Source: Synechococcus sp. (lineage in GTDB: Bacteria > Cyanobacteriota > Cyanobacteriia > Thermostichales > PCC-7336). From it: DNA of 64,000 nucleotides. The position numbers were made by a program, and so were the translations under genes. The notes below the pieces were generated by a model. It was not told the origin of the DNA, ran no database searches, and worked only from the letters and a program-made list of their open reading frames with translations. Shown piece after piece: positions 38,844 to 48,206 of the stretch. The stretch lies in contig JBFRWD010000153.1 in the NCBI GenBank assembly GCA_051439425.1, forward strand, positions 1 through 64,000, in the 5' to 3' direction. The first letter of the stretch is position 1, and the number at the start of each line of letters is the position of its first letter.

Positions 38844-39118
38844 AACATGGACACAGAATAGATTTGCAATCATTTTCAGTTCGTTATTCATCAAAGTCCA
38901 TTGCGGGATAAATATTTACGGCCTCAAGAGATATTACGCGGAGGTTATATTTTTGCAATATAGTGTTCGGATATAAAGAGTAAATCAGACTCAGAGTGTC
39001 AGTTCAAGAGAGAAAACTATTCTAATGAGAAGCGATCGTTTATTGAGCGTTTTATGACACGAATCAGGTATGTATATGATTGCTGGAAGACTCCTGTAGT
39101 CGGCAATGGAACTGAAAG

Positions 39119-39489
39119 ATGCAGGGAGCATTTAAACGACTGTTTGTCTATGGAACACGTATGCCAGGAAGGGCAAACCATAGTGTCTTAGAAGCCGTGC
39201 CTGGCATTTGGGAGACTGCACTATTGAAAGGAATATTGGATGAAGGATGGGGAGCTGAATTGGATTGCGCTGGAATTGTACCCTCCGAAGACAGAGAAGA
39301 CGTTGAGGGCTATGCTTTATCTTCAGATCGCTGGAATATTGGACAATGCTTGATGAATTTGAATGTGACGGTTATGAACGAGTACCAGTAATCGTTACGA
39401 TTGAAAGTGGAGAATACATTGAAGCTTACATTTGCGCCCTCAATATTGGTGACTCGCGAGCACATGCAAGCCGAACTGGTCTGAAGTGA
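39119..39489 (+). pseudogene. Frameshifted gamma-glutamylcyclotransferase (AIG2-like)
   Basis: LFVYGT.MPG..NH..L start; after about 39330 a different frame continues LEYWTMLDEFECDGYERV...EAYI. Confidence 0.75.
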
Positions 39490-39537
39490 AAGGAGCGATG
39501 AGCTTTGAATTTTGAATTTACGCGATCTCTGTGAACT

Positions 39538-40134
39538 ATGTGCAATGTTGGTCTGATTGATTGTGGGAGCAAAAAGATTCAAAGGCTAGCCGCGATCGTG
39601 GAAGAAAACAACTGCCAAATTTGCTCCATTCCCTTGGCAGAAGCGAATGAATACGACTTCACTAAACTTGACGGGATAGTAATATCTGGCGGTCCGCACC
39701 TCTTTACAGATCGGAAAACTTACACGGTGCTCATTCAGCAATTTGAGTTTCTAGATTCTTTGCAACTTCCAACACTCGGGATTTGCCTCGGACATCAGGC
39801 ATTAGCGATACGACATGGAAGTTCCGCATTTCTCGGCGCTGAGCGCAGAGGAACTGAAGCGATCGAGGTAGTATCCGAGCATGAGTTATTTTACGAGCTG
39901 CCAGCCCATTTTTCCGTCACAGAAGATCACTGCGAAGGCATTACCCTTCCGCCGAACTTTCAACTATTGGCTTCATCCGCACACTATAAGGTAGAGGCGA
40001 TGGCTTCAAGTGTCTATCCACACTTCGGAGTTCAGTTTCACCCAGAGGTCTCTGGAGAGGTTGGCGAGATTGTCATACATAATTTTTGCAATTTAATTGA
40101 GGGGGCCGATCGGAATACTGAAAGGAAGTTTTAG
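39538..40134 (+). CDS. Class I glutamine amidotransferase (GMP-synthase-like GATase)
   Basis: IVISGGP, LGICLGHQ (nucleophile Cys), GVQFHPE. Confidence 0.92.
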   Translation: MCNVGLIDCGSKKIQRLAAIVEENNCQICSIPLAEANEYDFTKLDGIVISGGPHLFTDRKTYTVLIQQFEFLDSLQLPTLGICLGHQALAIRHGSSAFLGAERRGTEAIEVVSEHELFYELPAHFSVTEDHCEGITLPPNFQLLASSAHYKVEAMASSVYPHFGVQFHPEVSGEVGEIVIHNFCNLIEGADRNTERKF

Positions 40135-40226
40135 AAAAAGAAGGCTAACTATATTTAATGCTAATTCAGTGAGCAATAAATAAGCTTTGTTCTCAAAGCA
40201 AAAAAGCAAAGTTTAGGAAGAAAAAC

Positions 40227-40619
40227 ATGAAGTTTGGATACACCATAATTTATGTTCCATCCGTTGTAGATGCATTGGACTTTTACAAGGATGCATTTGG
40301 CTTTGAGACTCGCTTCTTACATGAGTCTGGTCAATATGGTGAATTGAATACTGGTGAAACAGTTCTTGCTTTCGCCTCTCATGCAATGGGTGAAATGAAT
40401 CTTGATGGAGATTATCAGAAAGCCGATCTCAACTCGATACCCTTTGGGGTTGAGCTAGCATTTGTTACTGAGGATGTAACAAATGCATATTTCAAAGCAG
40501 TCTCTGCTGGTGCAGTGGGTATCAAAGAACCCACAACAAAATCGTGGGGACAGGTGGTTGCATATGTTCGATCGCTAGACGGATCGTTGATTGAACTCTG
40601 CTCCCCAATCAGCAGCTAA
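40227..40619 (+). CDS. VOC/glyoxalase family protein
   Basis: YTIIYV..V..AL.FY..AFG, ELAF...DV, WGQ.VAYV...DG.LIELC. Confidence 0.9.
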   Translation: MKFGYTIIYVPSVVDALDFYKDAFGFETRFLHESGQYGELNTGETVLAFASHAMGEMNLDGDYQKADLNSIPFGVELAFVTEDVTNAYFKAVSAGAVGIKEPTTKSWGQVVAYVRSLDGSLIELCSPISS

Positions 40620-40703
40620 CAAAACCTATGCAATCTGAACTTGGGGAGTTGCCCGGCTATGATACGTAGACCATTGACAGCAGGTGAAAGGCAGCGTTAG
40701 CTG
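40613..40703 (+). other. Degenerate attC-like site
   Basis: CAGCTAAC (contains the VOC stop codon) ... GCAGGTGAAAGGCAGC-GTTAGCTG; the outer 8 bp are perfectly inverted. Confidence 0.55.
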
Positions 40704-40734
40704 GTTTCCGCTCGCTCGCCATAGGAGGAATTTA

Positions 40735-41745
40735 GTGACGATAAATCGAATACTACTCGTCTTATTTACACTGGGTTTCTTTCTAACCCTCAGTGCTGCG
40801 GCGAATGCTCAGACTGTTGACTTACTGCCGTCCTGGAACGATGGAACGGCCAAGCAGTCCATCGTCGAATTCGTGGAAAAAGTGACGAATGCCGAGTCCC
40901 CTGACTTCGTGCCGCCTGCTGAGCGCATCGCTGTGTTCGACAATGACGGCACACTGTGGGCTGAACAGCCAATGTATTTCCAACTGCTCTTCGCGCTCGA
41001 CCGAGTCAAGGCGCTCGCACCACAGCATCCTGAATGGAACGAACAGGAGCCCTTCGCATCACTGCTCAAGGGCGACGTAGCAGGTGCTCTTGCAGGTGGC
41101 GAACTCGCGATACTCGAGATCGTCATGGGTACCCATGCCGACATGACCACTGCGGAGTTTGAGACGATTGTTAGGGAATGGATTGCCACCGCAAAACATC
41201 CCACGACCAAGCGTCCCTATACAGAAATGGTCTATCAGCCGATGCTCGAGTTGCTCGCTTATCTTCGCACGAACGACTTTAAGACCTTCATCGTGTCTGC
41301 CGGTGGCATCGAGTTTATGCGCCCTTGGTCCGAGGAAGTTTATGGCATCCCGCCCGAGCAGGTGATTGGCAGCAGCATCAAGGTGAAGTTCGAGCTGCGC
41401 GACGGCGAGCCGGTTCTAGTTCGCCTGCCCGAACTCAGCTTCTTTGATGAGAAGGAAGGTAAACCGGTTGCCATCCACCAGCAAATTGGCCGACGCCCTA
41501 TTGCAGCGTTTGGCAACTCTGACGGCGACCTTCAGATGCTCCAGTGGACCACTGCCGGTCAGGGACCACGATTCGCACTCTATGTCCAACACACCGATGC
41601 CGATCGCGAGTGGGGCTACGACCGCGAATCAACCGTTGGTCGTCTGGACAAGGGGTTGGATGAGGCGCGGGATAAAGGTTGGACAGTTGTAAATATGAAG
41701 CAGGACTGGAAGGTTGTTTACCCGCATGAGCAAACACAGCACTAA
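40735..41745 (+). CDS. Secreted HAD-family hydrolase (acid phosphatase-like)
   Basis: AGGAGG RBS and GTG start; signal peptide; motif I FDNDGTLW, IVSAGG, K, FGNSDGD. Confidence 0.9.
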   Translation: MTINRILLVLFTLGFFLTLSAAANAQTVDLLPSWNDGTAKQSIVEFVEKVTNAESPDFVPPAERIAVFDNDGTLWAEQPMYFQLLFALDRVKALAPQHPEWNEQEPFASLLKGDVAGALAGGELAILEIVMGTHADMTTAEFETIVREWIATAKHPTTKRPYTEMVYQPMLELLAYLRTNDFKTFIVSAGGIEFMRPWSEEVYGIPPEQVIGSSIKVKFELRDGEPVLVRLPELSFFDEKEGKPVAIHQQIGRRPIAAFGNSDGDLQMLQWTTAGQGPRFALYVQHTDADREWGYDRESTVGRLDKGLDEARDKGWTVVNMKQDWKVVYPHEQTQH

Positions 41746-41775
41746 TAGGTGACGTAGCGAATGCACTTCCCCTCT

Positions 41776-42105
41776 CTATCCTGAAAACCCTAACACCTGC
41801 CACAACACGAATGCTCCCATCCCACCCCCAATCGTGAACAGCAAATTCTTGCGCCATAAGCCGATGGAGAGTGCTGCTATTGCTCCGATTAGACGAGGAT
41901 TGCCAAATCCTATCGATAAGCGATCGCCGTCCACAAACACTGCCGGTACAACAATTGCCATTAATACCGCTGGGGGGAGGTAATTGAGCGATCGCAGCAA
42001 GCGGGACGGAAGCTGAACACGATGGCTGATGCCCAAAATCCCGTACCGAATCAGAAAGGTAACGCAAGCCATACCGGCAATTAGGTTTAGTTCGTCCGAT
42101 GTCAT
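41776..42105 (-). CDS. azlD: AzlD-family branched-chain amino acid exporter small subunit
   Basis: GM..VTFLIRY, L.YLPPAVL.AIV.P, LLFTIGGG; overlaps the azlC stop. Confidence 0.85.
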   Translation of the reverse strand: MTSDELNLIAGMACVTFLIRYGILGISHRVQLPSRLLRSLNYLPPAVLMAIVVPAVFVDGDRLSIGFGNPRLIGAIAALSIGLWRKNLLFTIGGGMGAFVLWQVLGFSG

Positions 42106-42857
42106 TGTGTTGACTTGTGCCGTTCAGAAGTTACGAGGGGAGTCATTCGAGATTCAACGATTAAGCCAGCCGCTATCCCCATCAGTGCAGCCACCATTAA
42201 CCCAAGCTGGTGGGGGAGCGATCGCGCTAGAAGAGCAGTCCCACCCGACACTATTGCCGTAACCACCATCGGGCAAGTACTTAGGTACGGAATCGTCATA
42301 CCGATAAAGGTCGCCACCATCGCGAAGTCCAAGCCCCAATTAGCGGCATTCGGAATTCGATGCCCCAGCGTAAGCCCGAGTAGCGTACACAATTGCCAAC
42401 TGCAATACATTGCCAGGGAAGACCCGAGTTGATGCCAGTGTTTGTAGGGGGAGCGATCGGTCTGTTGATAGCGCTGAATTGCCACCATAAACGTTTCATC
42501 CGTCAGCCAGAATCCCAGTGCCAGTCGCCACCATTGATGTCTTGATTGCAAATAGGAAATCAAGCCAGCGGAGTACAGCAAGTGACGCAAGTTGACGAAG
42601 AACGTTGTCATGACAACAATGGCCCATGGCGTTCCTACCCCCAAAAGCCCCAGCGCAATGAACTGCGATGCGCCAGCAAACACGAATGCCGACATCGCCA
42701 TAGCGCCAGCAAAAGTCAAACCACTCGACTCAGCCAGAGTGCCAAAAATGATTCCAAATGGAATTGCTCCCACAATCAACGGCAGGGTTTGTCGAGCCCC
42801 CAAGCCAAACTCCACCCAAGCGGATGGGAGCTGTTCAATATCGCTCATTTTGTCCAT
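42102..42857 (-). CDS. azlC: AzlC-family permease
   Basis: PFGIIFG, FVFAGASQF, VNLRHLLYS, LTDETF, GLDFA. Confidence 0.92.
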   Translation of the reverse strand: MDKMSDIEQLPSAWVEFGLGARQTLPLIVGAIPFGIIFGTLAESSGLTFAGAMAMSAFVFAGASQFIALGLLGVGTPWAIVVMTTFFVNLRHLLYSAGLISYLQSRHQWWRLALGFWLTDETFMVAIQRYQQTDRSPYKHWHQLGSSLAMYCSWQLCTLLGLTLGHRIPNAANWGLDFAMVATFIGMTIPYLSTCPMVVTAIVSGGTALLARSLPHQLGLMVAALMGIAAGLIVESRMTPLVTSERHKSTQ

Positions 42858-43488
42858 CCGCAAGCTTCACAACGGCGAGCAATTCATACGGATAGTTACT
42901 GACAAAACTGACTTTGAGCTGGCACACACAGCAATACATCGAAGTTTCTTGCGTGTGGAATGGTAGAGAACTCGAGTCCAAGCACACCTGCTATCCGAAT
43001 TCTTTCGCTAGCGTAGCCTTTCTACTTCAGCTCAACAATCCGCCGTACAGAAAACCATCTATAACAATCGGCAATCCGCTGTAGAGACTTCCCTGACCAC
43101 TTTTCCTTGAAAATTAAGTATTTTCGTTCCCTGCCCCTTCAGACCGGACAGCGGATTGCTAACAGTATCGATGTCTAGTATTCCGTTATCCACACATGCT
43201 CGACACTGCTACCAGGCAACAGCATTCCAACTGTTACCAGACTAAATATCCCCCTTCCAAAGAGAAAGACTGTGGATTAAGGAGTTATTTTTTATACTTC
43301 AATCTGTCACTTGTTGACACCAGATTAATGCTGGGATATAAACCGTCCATGCTTTTACTGAACTTTCTTGCCGCTCTTACGGAATTGGCTGTATGGTTCG
43401 GTAAATTCTCCGTATAAACACTTGCGATTTTGCAGGCCTAGGCGGCTGGTATGTGTTTAGCTTCGTCCCCCCTCACCTGTGCTGGCCG

Positions 43489-44430
43489 ATGTCCCACTTG
43501 TCTCTTTACCCCTCCGATATTGTTGAAGACATCTTTCCCGAAGGGGGTGAGGTCGAAGAAATTTCATTCGAAGAAGCATTTAGCGACCCTATTGCAATGC
43601 CTTCGACTCCAGTGATTTCCGATGCGGTACAGCCAATAGTTGTGGAGGTAGCGGACGAGCCCTCTGCCACAGACGACTCTTTGCCGCATTCTTCTCAGGA
43701 GCGCTACAGTCATCAGACATCTTCATCGGATGCTGTGGACGATCGCAATTCCCCTCAAGACTTTCAGATGTGGGGGCAAGTCTCGTTCAAGTTTGCTGAA
43801 ATGTTAGCAAAATGGCGCCGAGAAGAGCTGTGGCGTCAAGTTGCCCCAAGCTGGGAAGCGTTTGTGCTTCAGCATGTCAAACTGCCGCAGACTTTTGTCA
43901 ACGAGCTGTGCGAGATTGCCGAGCGAACAGAAGAATGCTCTGAAAGCGAGTCATCTGTTGGGGGAGTTGGGGAGCTAGAACCGTTTATTCCTTGCTCGGT
44001 GCATACGGCTGCCCAACGCATTCGTCAGTACCTGCAAACTCGCCCCGATTATTCCGAACTCTCGCCCAGCCACAAGCACAGCCTAGATGCCAGCGACTAC
44101 GTCGAATTCGAGCTGGGAGACTTTCGCGTTTACATCTGGTTCGAGTACATCATGCCCTTGGATAACCAGCCTCACCATTTCACCCGCCCCTGGATTAGCA
44201 ATATTGACTTCCAGCTTTGTGGGGAGGGTTATGGAGAAGGGCTGTACTCGTGGCTGAATATTTCCCATACAGATATTCAGCTCAGACAAAATGCATCTGC
44301 ATCCACGCTGGCCGCTTGGAGAAGTTGGGCAGAAGCGTTACAGCAGGAGCTAATCCGAAGTTTTATACCGTTCGGAATGGCTGTTGCGATCGACCAATCT
44401 CACTCTGGTTCTGGCTACCGCGCTAGTTAG
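43489..44430 (+). CDS. Hypothetical protein
   Basis: Long ORF with acidic N-terminus and aromatic-rich C-terminal domain; no family recognised. Confidence 0.6.
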   Translation: MSHLSLYPSDIVEDIFPEGGEVEEISFEEAFSDPIAMPSTPVISDAVQPIVVEVADEPSATDDSLPHSSQERYSHQTSSSDAVDDRNSPQDFQMWGQVSFKFAEMLAKWRREELWRQVAPSWEAFVLQHVKLPQTFVNELCEIAERTEECSESESSVGGVGELEPFIPCSVHTAAQRIRQYLQTRPDYSELSPSHKHSLDASDYVEFELGDFRVYIWFEYIMPLDNQPHHFTRPWISNIDFQLCGEGYGEGLYSWLNISHTDIQLRQNASASTLAAWRSWAEALQQELIRSFIPFGMAVAIDQSHSGSGYRAS

Positions 44431-44486
44431 CCAATCCAGTCGATTCGTCTTCCTTAAACTAGGACTTGAGACGGTACTAACCCCAT

Positions 44487-45341
44487 CTAATTCTGAGCGA
44501 TTGTGATGGCAGATCCCACTTCTCCCCCCACCTGATCGGCAAAATTTCGTGCCCCTTCAGGCGTAGCAAAAACTGCGATTTGCACCATTTTGCGGCCATT
44601 CAGCACCTGACTCTCGTTGAAGGCATCGCGGCAGTGCATGAGGCGTACTTCCTCGATGCGATCTTCGGGAATAAATACCGGATACCAGCGATCGAAGTCT
44701 GTGCTGTAGGGAGAACCACAGCTGTTACGAACGCGGGGAGGTGGGGCGGAAGCGGTGCGCAAGTCTGGAGGAGCAACGTCTCGCCCCAAGCAAATGGCCT
44801 CTAGGCCGTAGGTAGCGTAGCCTGGCAGTCGCTCTACATAATAGGCTTCCCGTTCTAGATCGTGGGTATAAGTATTGTGGTAGCCGTCCGCAACTGCAGC
44901 AAATCGCTCGCGGGCATATTCCGGAATTGCAAGTCCCACCGCGGCAACATCTCCGCCCATGCGTCCGGAGGCGCAATCTTGCACGACGTGGAATGCTTCG
45001 TGGCGGAGTACTTCCAGCGTCAGCTCTTCCTCCAACGACAACCCCAGTTGAGTGATGGCCACAACACCCGATTGGGGATGATAGAACCCACCCACATTGC
45101 CGTAATCATCGTCAGTGAAATAGACCTCAATTCCTGCCTCGATCAAGGTGGCAACAATTTCGTTGATTTCCTCGCGTTCTTCCCTTGTGTAAGAATCGCG
45201 CTGGATGGGATTCATGCGTTCGTAGAAGATGCTGGCATCGCTTGCAGACCTGAGGCGATACATACCGGCTTGAGCAGTTGATGCAAAGGCAATCGCCCCT
45301 ACCGACAGAAATGCTCCCCATTTCAAAACTCGTCCGAGCAT
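44487..45341 (-). CDS. Secreted protein with zincin-like HExxH motif
   Basis: Signal peptide; GGFY, VLRHEAFHVVQDC, downstream EREAY. Confidence 0.7.
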   Translation of the reverse strand: MLGRVLKWGAFLSVGAIAFASTAQAGMYRLRSASDASIFYERMNPIQRDSYTREEREEINEIVATLIEAGIEVYFTDDDYGNVGGFYHPQSGVVAITQLGLSLEEELTLEVLRHEAFHVVQDCASGRMGGDVAAVGLAIPEYARERFAAVADGYHNTYTHDLEREAYYVERLPGYATYGLEAICLGRDVAPPDLRTASAPPPRVRNSCGSPYSTDFDRWYPVFIPEDRIEEVRLMHCRDAFNESQVLNGRKMVQIAVFATPEGARNFADQVGGEVGSAITIAQN

Positions 45342-45499
45342 TTACTGTCTCCTGCAACTTCGAACGGCCTTAACTTACCCAGGCCGGCCCTCTTGCATAT
45401 GTGCGAAGACCTGCGCAAATACCGATATTTGGCCCACAATTTCGGTAAATTATGCGATTCAATCGGCACGAATACGCAAGTAGATGGGAGGCACGGTCG

Positions 45500-46381
45500 A
45501 TGTTGGCAGTGGTTACATGCTCGGATTATCCAAATCTAACGGGAGATGATACACCACTGGTAGTGTCTGAACTGCAAGATTGCGGGGTAAATACGGAAGC
45601 TGTGGTGTGGGATGCTAGCAATGTTGATTGGCATAGCTTTTCCGCTGTGATAGTGCGATCGGCGTGGGACTATTCCTATCGACACTTAGAGTTTCTGACA
45701 TGGATCGATCGCATTCACTCCACAACTCAGGTGTGGAACCCGCCTGAGATTATGAAGTGGAATAGCCATAAGCGCTATCTTCTGGATTTGCAGGCAAAGG
45801 GAGTGCCCATTCTGCCAACCGAGTGGCTTCCGCTGGGCCGCTCTGCTGACCTAGTTCGGATACTGGAGCAACGGAAGTGGGATACGGTTGTCATCAAACC
45901 GGCGGTGAGTGCAAATGCCCGCCGCACGATTGTGGTGAATCGCGAGCAAGTCCATACGGGGCAGGCCCATCTCGAACGGTGGCTGCCGGAACGGGACATG
46001 ATGGTGCAGGCATTCGAGCCCTCGATTGTGGAGAAGGGAGAACGATCGCTGATATTTATTGCCGACGAGTTCACCCATGCAGTCGTTAAACAACCGGCTG
46101 CTGGCGATTATCGAATTCAGGAGTCTTATGGAGGAACAGCAAGGCTAACAACTCCAACTCCTGCCGAGCTAAAGATTGCCAGAACCGTGTTGGATGCAAT
46201 TGGGCAGCCGCTGCTGTATGCACGGATAGATTTGATTGGCCAGAGCGATCGCGTAGCTGCGATTGAAGTGGAGTTGGTGGAACCGTCCCTTTACTTACAG
46301 TACGTTCCGGAATTGATTCCTGAAGTGGTAGCCAAAATGGTTGCATTTTTGCAAGCGAGGGGAATTGATTTGCACAGTTGA
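45500..46381 (+). CDS. ATP-grasp ligase (RimK/glutathione-synthetase-like)
   Basis: RSAWDY, WNSHKRYL, VIKPAVS, MVQ.F, DYRIQ..YGG, YARID, EVELVEP; GGAGG RBS. Confidence 0.85.
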   Translation: MLAVVTCSDYPNLTGDDTPLVVSELQDCGVNTEAVVWDASNVDWHSFSAVIVRSAWDYSYRHLEFLTWIDRIHSTTQVWNPPEIMKWNSHKRYLLDLQAKGVPILPTEWLPLGRSADLVRILEQRKWDTVVIKPAVSANARRTIVVNREQVHTGQAHLERWLPERDMMVQAFEPSIVEKGERSLIFIADEFTHAVVKQPAAGDYRIQESYGGTARLTTPTPAELKIARTVLDAIGQPLLYARIDLIGQSDRVAAIEVELVEPSLYLQYVPELIPEVVAKMVAFLQARGIDLHS

Positions 46382-46442
46382 GACTTTGCCGTACCGAGCG
46401 GACGGATTCTTCCCTCGCTGAAATGCTTGGCCATGTGATGGG

Positions 46443-47717
46443 TTAGGAGCCCAATGCCACGATATTGGCCGAACAGTCCGAGTCCGATCTCGATACCTTC
46501 TGGCGGGCGGCGATGTAGTCGGCTAAGTAGCGAGCATCCTGTGCAACCCCTGACATGCGACCGGAGCCCCAAGTATAAAGCCAGGGCAAGCCGATAAAGT
46601 AGAGCCCCTCTTGGCTGGTGACACCGCGATCGTGAACTGGATAGCCATCGCCGTTGAATACCGGCACGTCAATCCAGCGGAAGTTGGCATGGAATCCTGT
46701 TGACCAGATGACAGCAGAAATGTTGGCCGCATCGCAATCAAGACTATCAAGCTCGGGAGGGGCAGCGATCGCTCCTTCAGGGGACTCTAGGGGGGCATCG
46801 ATTTGATTGTCGGTAATATAACTGTCGATGGTGGCCTTGATACTATTTGCTACGGCATCCGCGCCATCTAAGTTTGTCTGTAGGTCGCGGTTGAAATAAA
46901 TAGTCGAGTTATCGATCCGCCGCAGGCGCCCGGCCAAGGTCATACCGTCGATTGCTAGTTTGCGCAGGTTAATCTCTCGGCCACCGTCCCGCCCAGTGAG
47001 GTAGTGGTTGGTCTTTTTACGAACTTTCTCGGGGTTGTCGTACGAATCAATCGGAGTATCGTAGTAGCCCATCCGATCGAGCCAATCCACCACGTCTTTG
47101 CCGCGATACATGCGTGGAGAACGTGGCGCACTACCGATGCTGAGATAAACCTCGCGACCGGCAAAATGCAAGTCTTCGGCAATTTGGCAGCCGGATTGAC
47201 CGGAACCGACGACTAAAACAGCGCCATCCGGCAATTGGTCGGGATTTTTGTAGGTGGACGAATGAATTTGGGTGATGCGATCGGGGAGGCGTTCGGCAAT
47301 ACGTGGAATATTGGGGGTGTGATAGCCTCCGGTGGCCACAATGACAGAGTCGGCAGTGTACTCTCCAATTGAAGTACTAACGCAATACTGTTTTCCCGAC
47401 CGCTTGACGTTGATGACTTCCACCCCTTCTTGAACCGGGGCATCGAATGAGGCTGAGTAGTCCTCAATAAATTTCACGATGTCTGGCTTGACCATAAATC
47501 CGTCAGGATCGGTGCCGTTGTAGTGGAATCCAGGCAGTTGGCATTGCCAGTTGGGAGTAACCAAACAAAAGGAATCCCACCGCTGCGATCGCCAAGAGTG
47601 AGCAATTTTATGCTTCTCGAAAATAATGCTGTCGATACCGCGATCTTTTAAGCAGTAGGCAATAGATAATCCGGCCTGACCGCCACCAATAATGATGCTG
47701 GGAACGTGAGTGCTCAT
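46443..47717 (-). CDS. nitH: MSMEG_0569-family flavin-dependent oxidoreductase (Nit1C NitH)
   Basis: GGGQAG, RWDSFCLVTPNWQC.LPG, VGSGQSGCQIAEDL, NHYLTGRDGG. Confidence 0.9.
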   Translation of the reverse strand: MSTHVPSIIIGGGQAGLSIAYCLKDRGIDSIIFEKHKIAHSWRSQRWDSFCLVTPNWQCQLPGFHYNGTDPDGFMVKPDIVKFIEDYSASFDAPVQEGVEVINVKRSGKQYCVSTSIGEYTADSVIVATGGYHTPNIPRIAERLPDRITQIHSSTYKNPDQLPDGAVLVVGSGQSGCQIAEDLHFAGREVYLSIGSAPRSPRMYRGKDVVDWLDRMGYYDTPIDSYDNPEKVRKKTNHYLTGRDGGREINLRKLAIDGMTLAGRLRRIDNSTIYFNRDLQTNLDGADAVANSIKATIDSYITDNQIDAPLESPEGAIAAPPELDSLDCDAANISAVIWSTGFHANFRWIDVPVFNGDGYPVHDRGVTSQEGLYFIGLPWLYTWGSGRMSGVAQDARYLADYIAARQKVSRSDSDCSANIVALGS

Positions 47718-47813
47718 GACGTCTGGAGGTTATGGTGAACGAAATACCTGTTGAGTTTCAAGGCATCACCAATCCTCATACGGACTGTTGCCTCAACTCA
47801 TCTCGATATGCGC

Positions 47814-47855
47814 ACCATAAAGTTTGAATTTTGGACAACCTGTATCAGTGATTAC
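47814..47855 (-). promoter_or_regulatory. NtcA-activated (class II) promoter for nitH
   Basis: Minus strand GTA-atcactga-TAC, exactly 22 nt, then TATGGT (TAN3T). Confidence 0.75.
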
Positions 47856-48206
47856 GAAATGGCGAAGTCCGATCGTTTCACTAGGAGGAGCATGCTCCAC
47901 GGTGTGGCTGGCGATTGCCTATCTCCAGCCACTATTGATTTGAATAGGACTGCGTGTACGTTGTGTCCCAAACACAATCAATCGTGACGCTCGAGCGAAC
48001 GCTACTTCTACTTTTTTTTCGGAACCCGAGCCGTCTTGCCTCTCAGCGTCGGAGCGATATGCCATAACCCGATTTCATCGCCGATCCGTAGGTGACAAGA
48101 GTAACTATTTTTACCCAAAAGGGAAGATTGAATTAAGTACGATTTTCACCACTCCACTTCGAACTTGAAACCTTCCTTCCCAGCCAGCAATCCTAAATTC
48201 TTCGAC

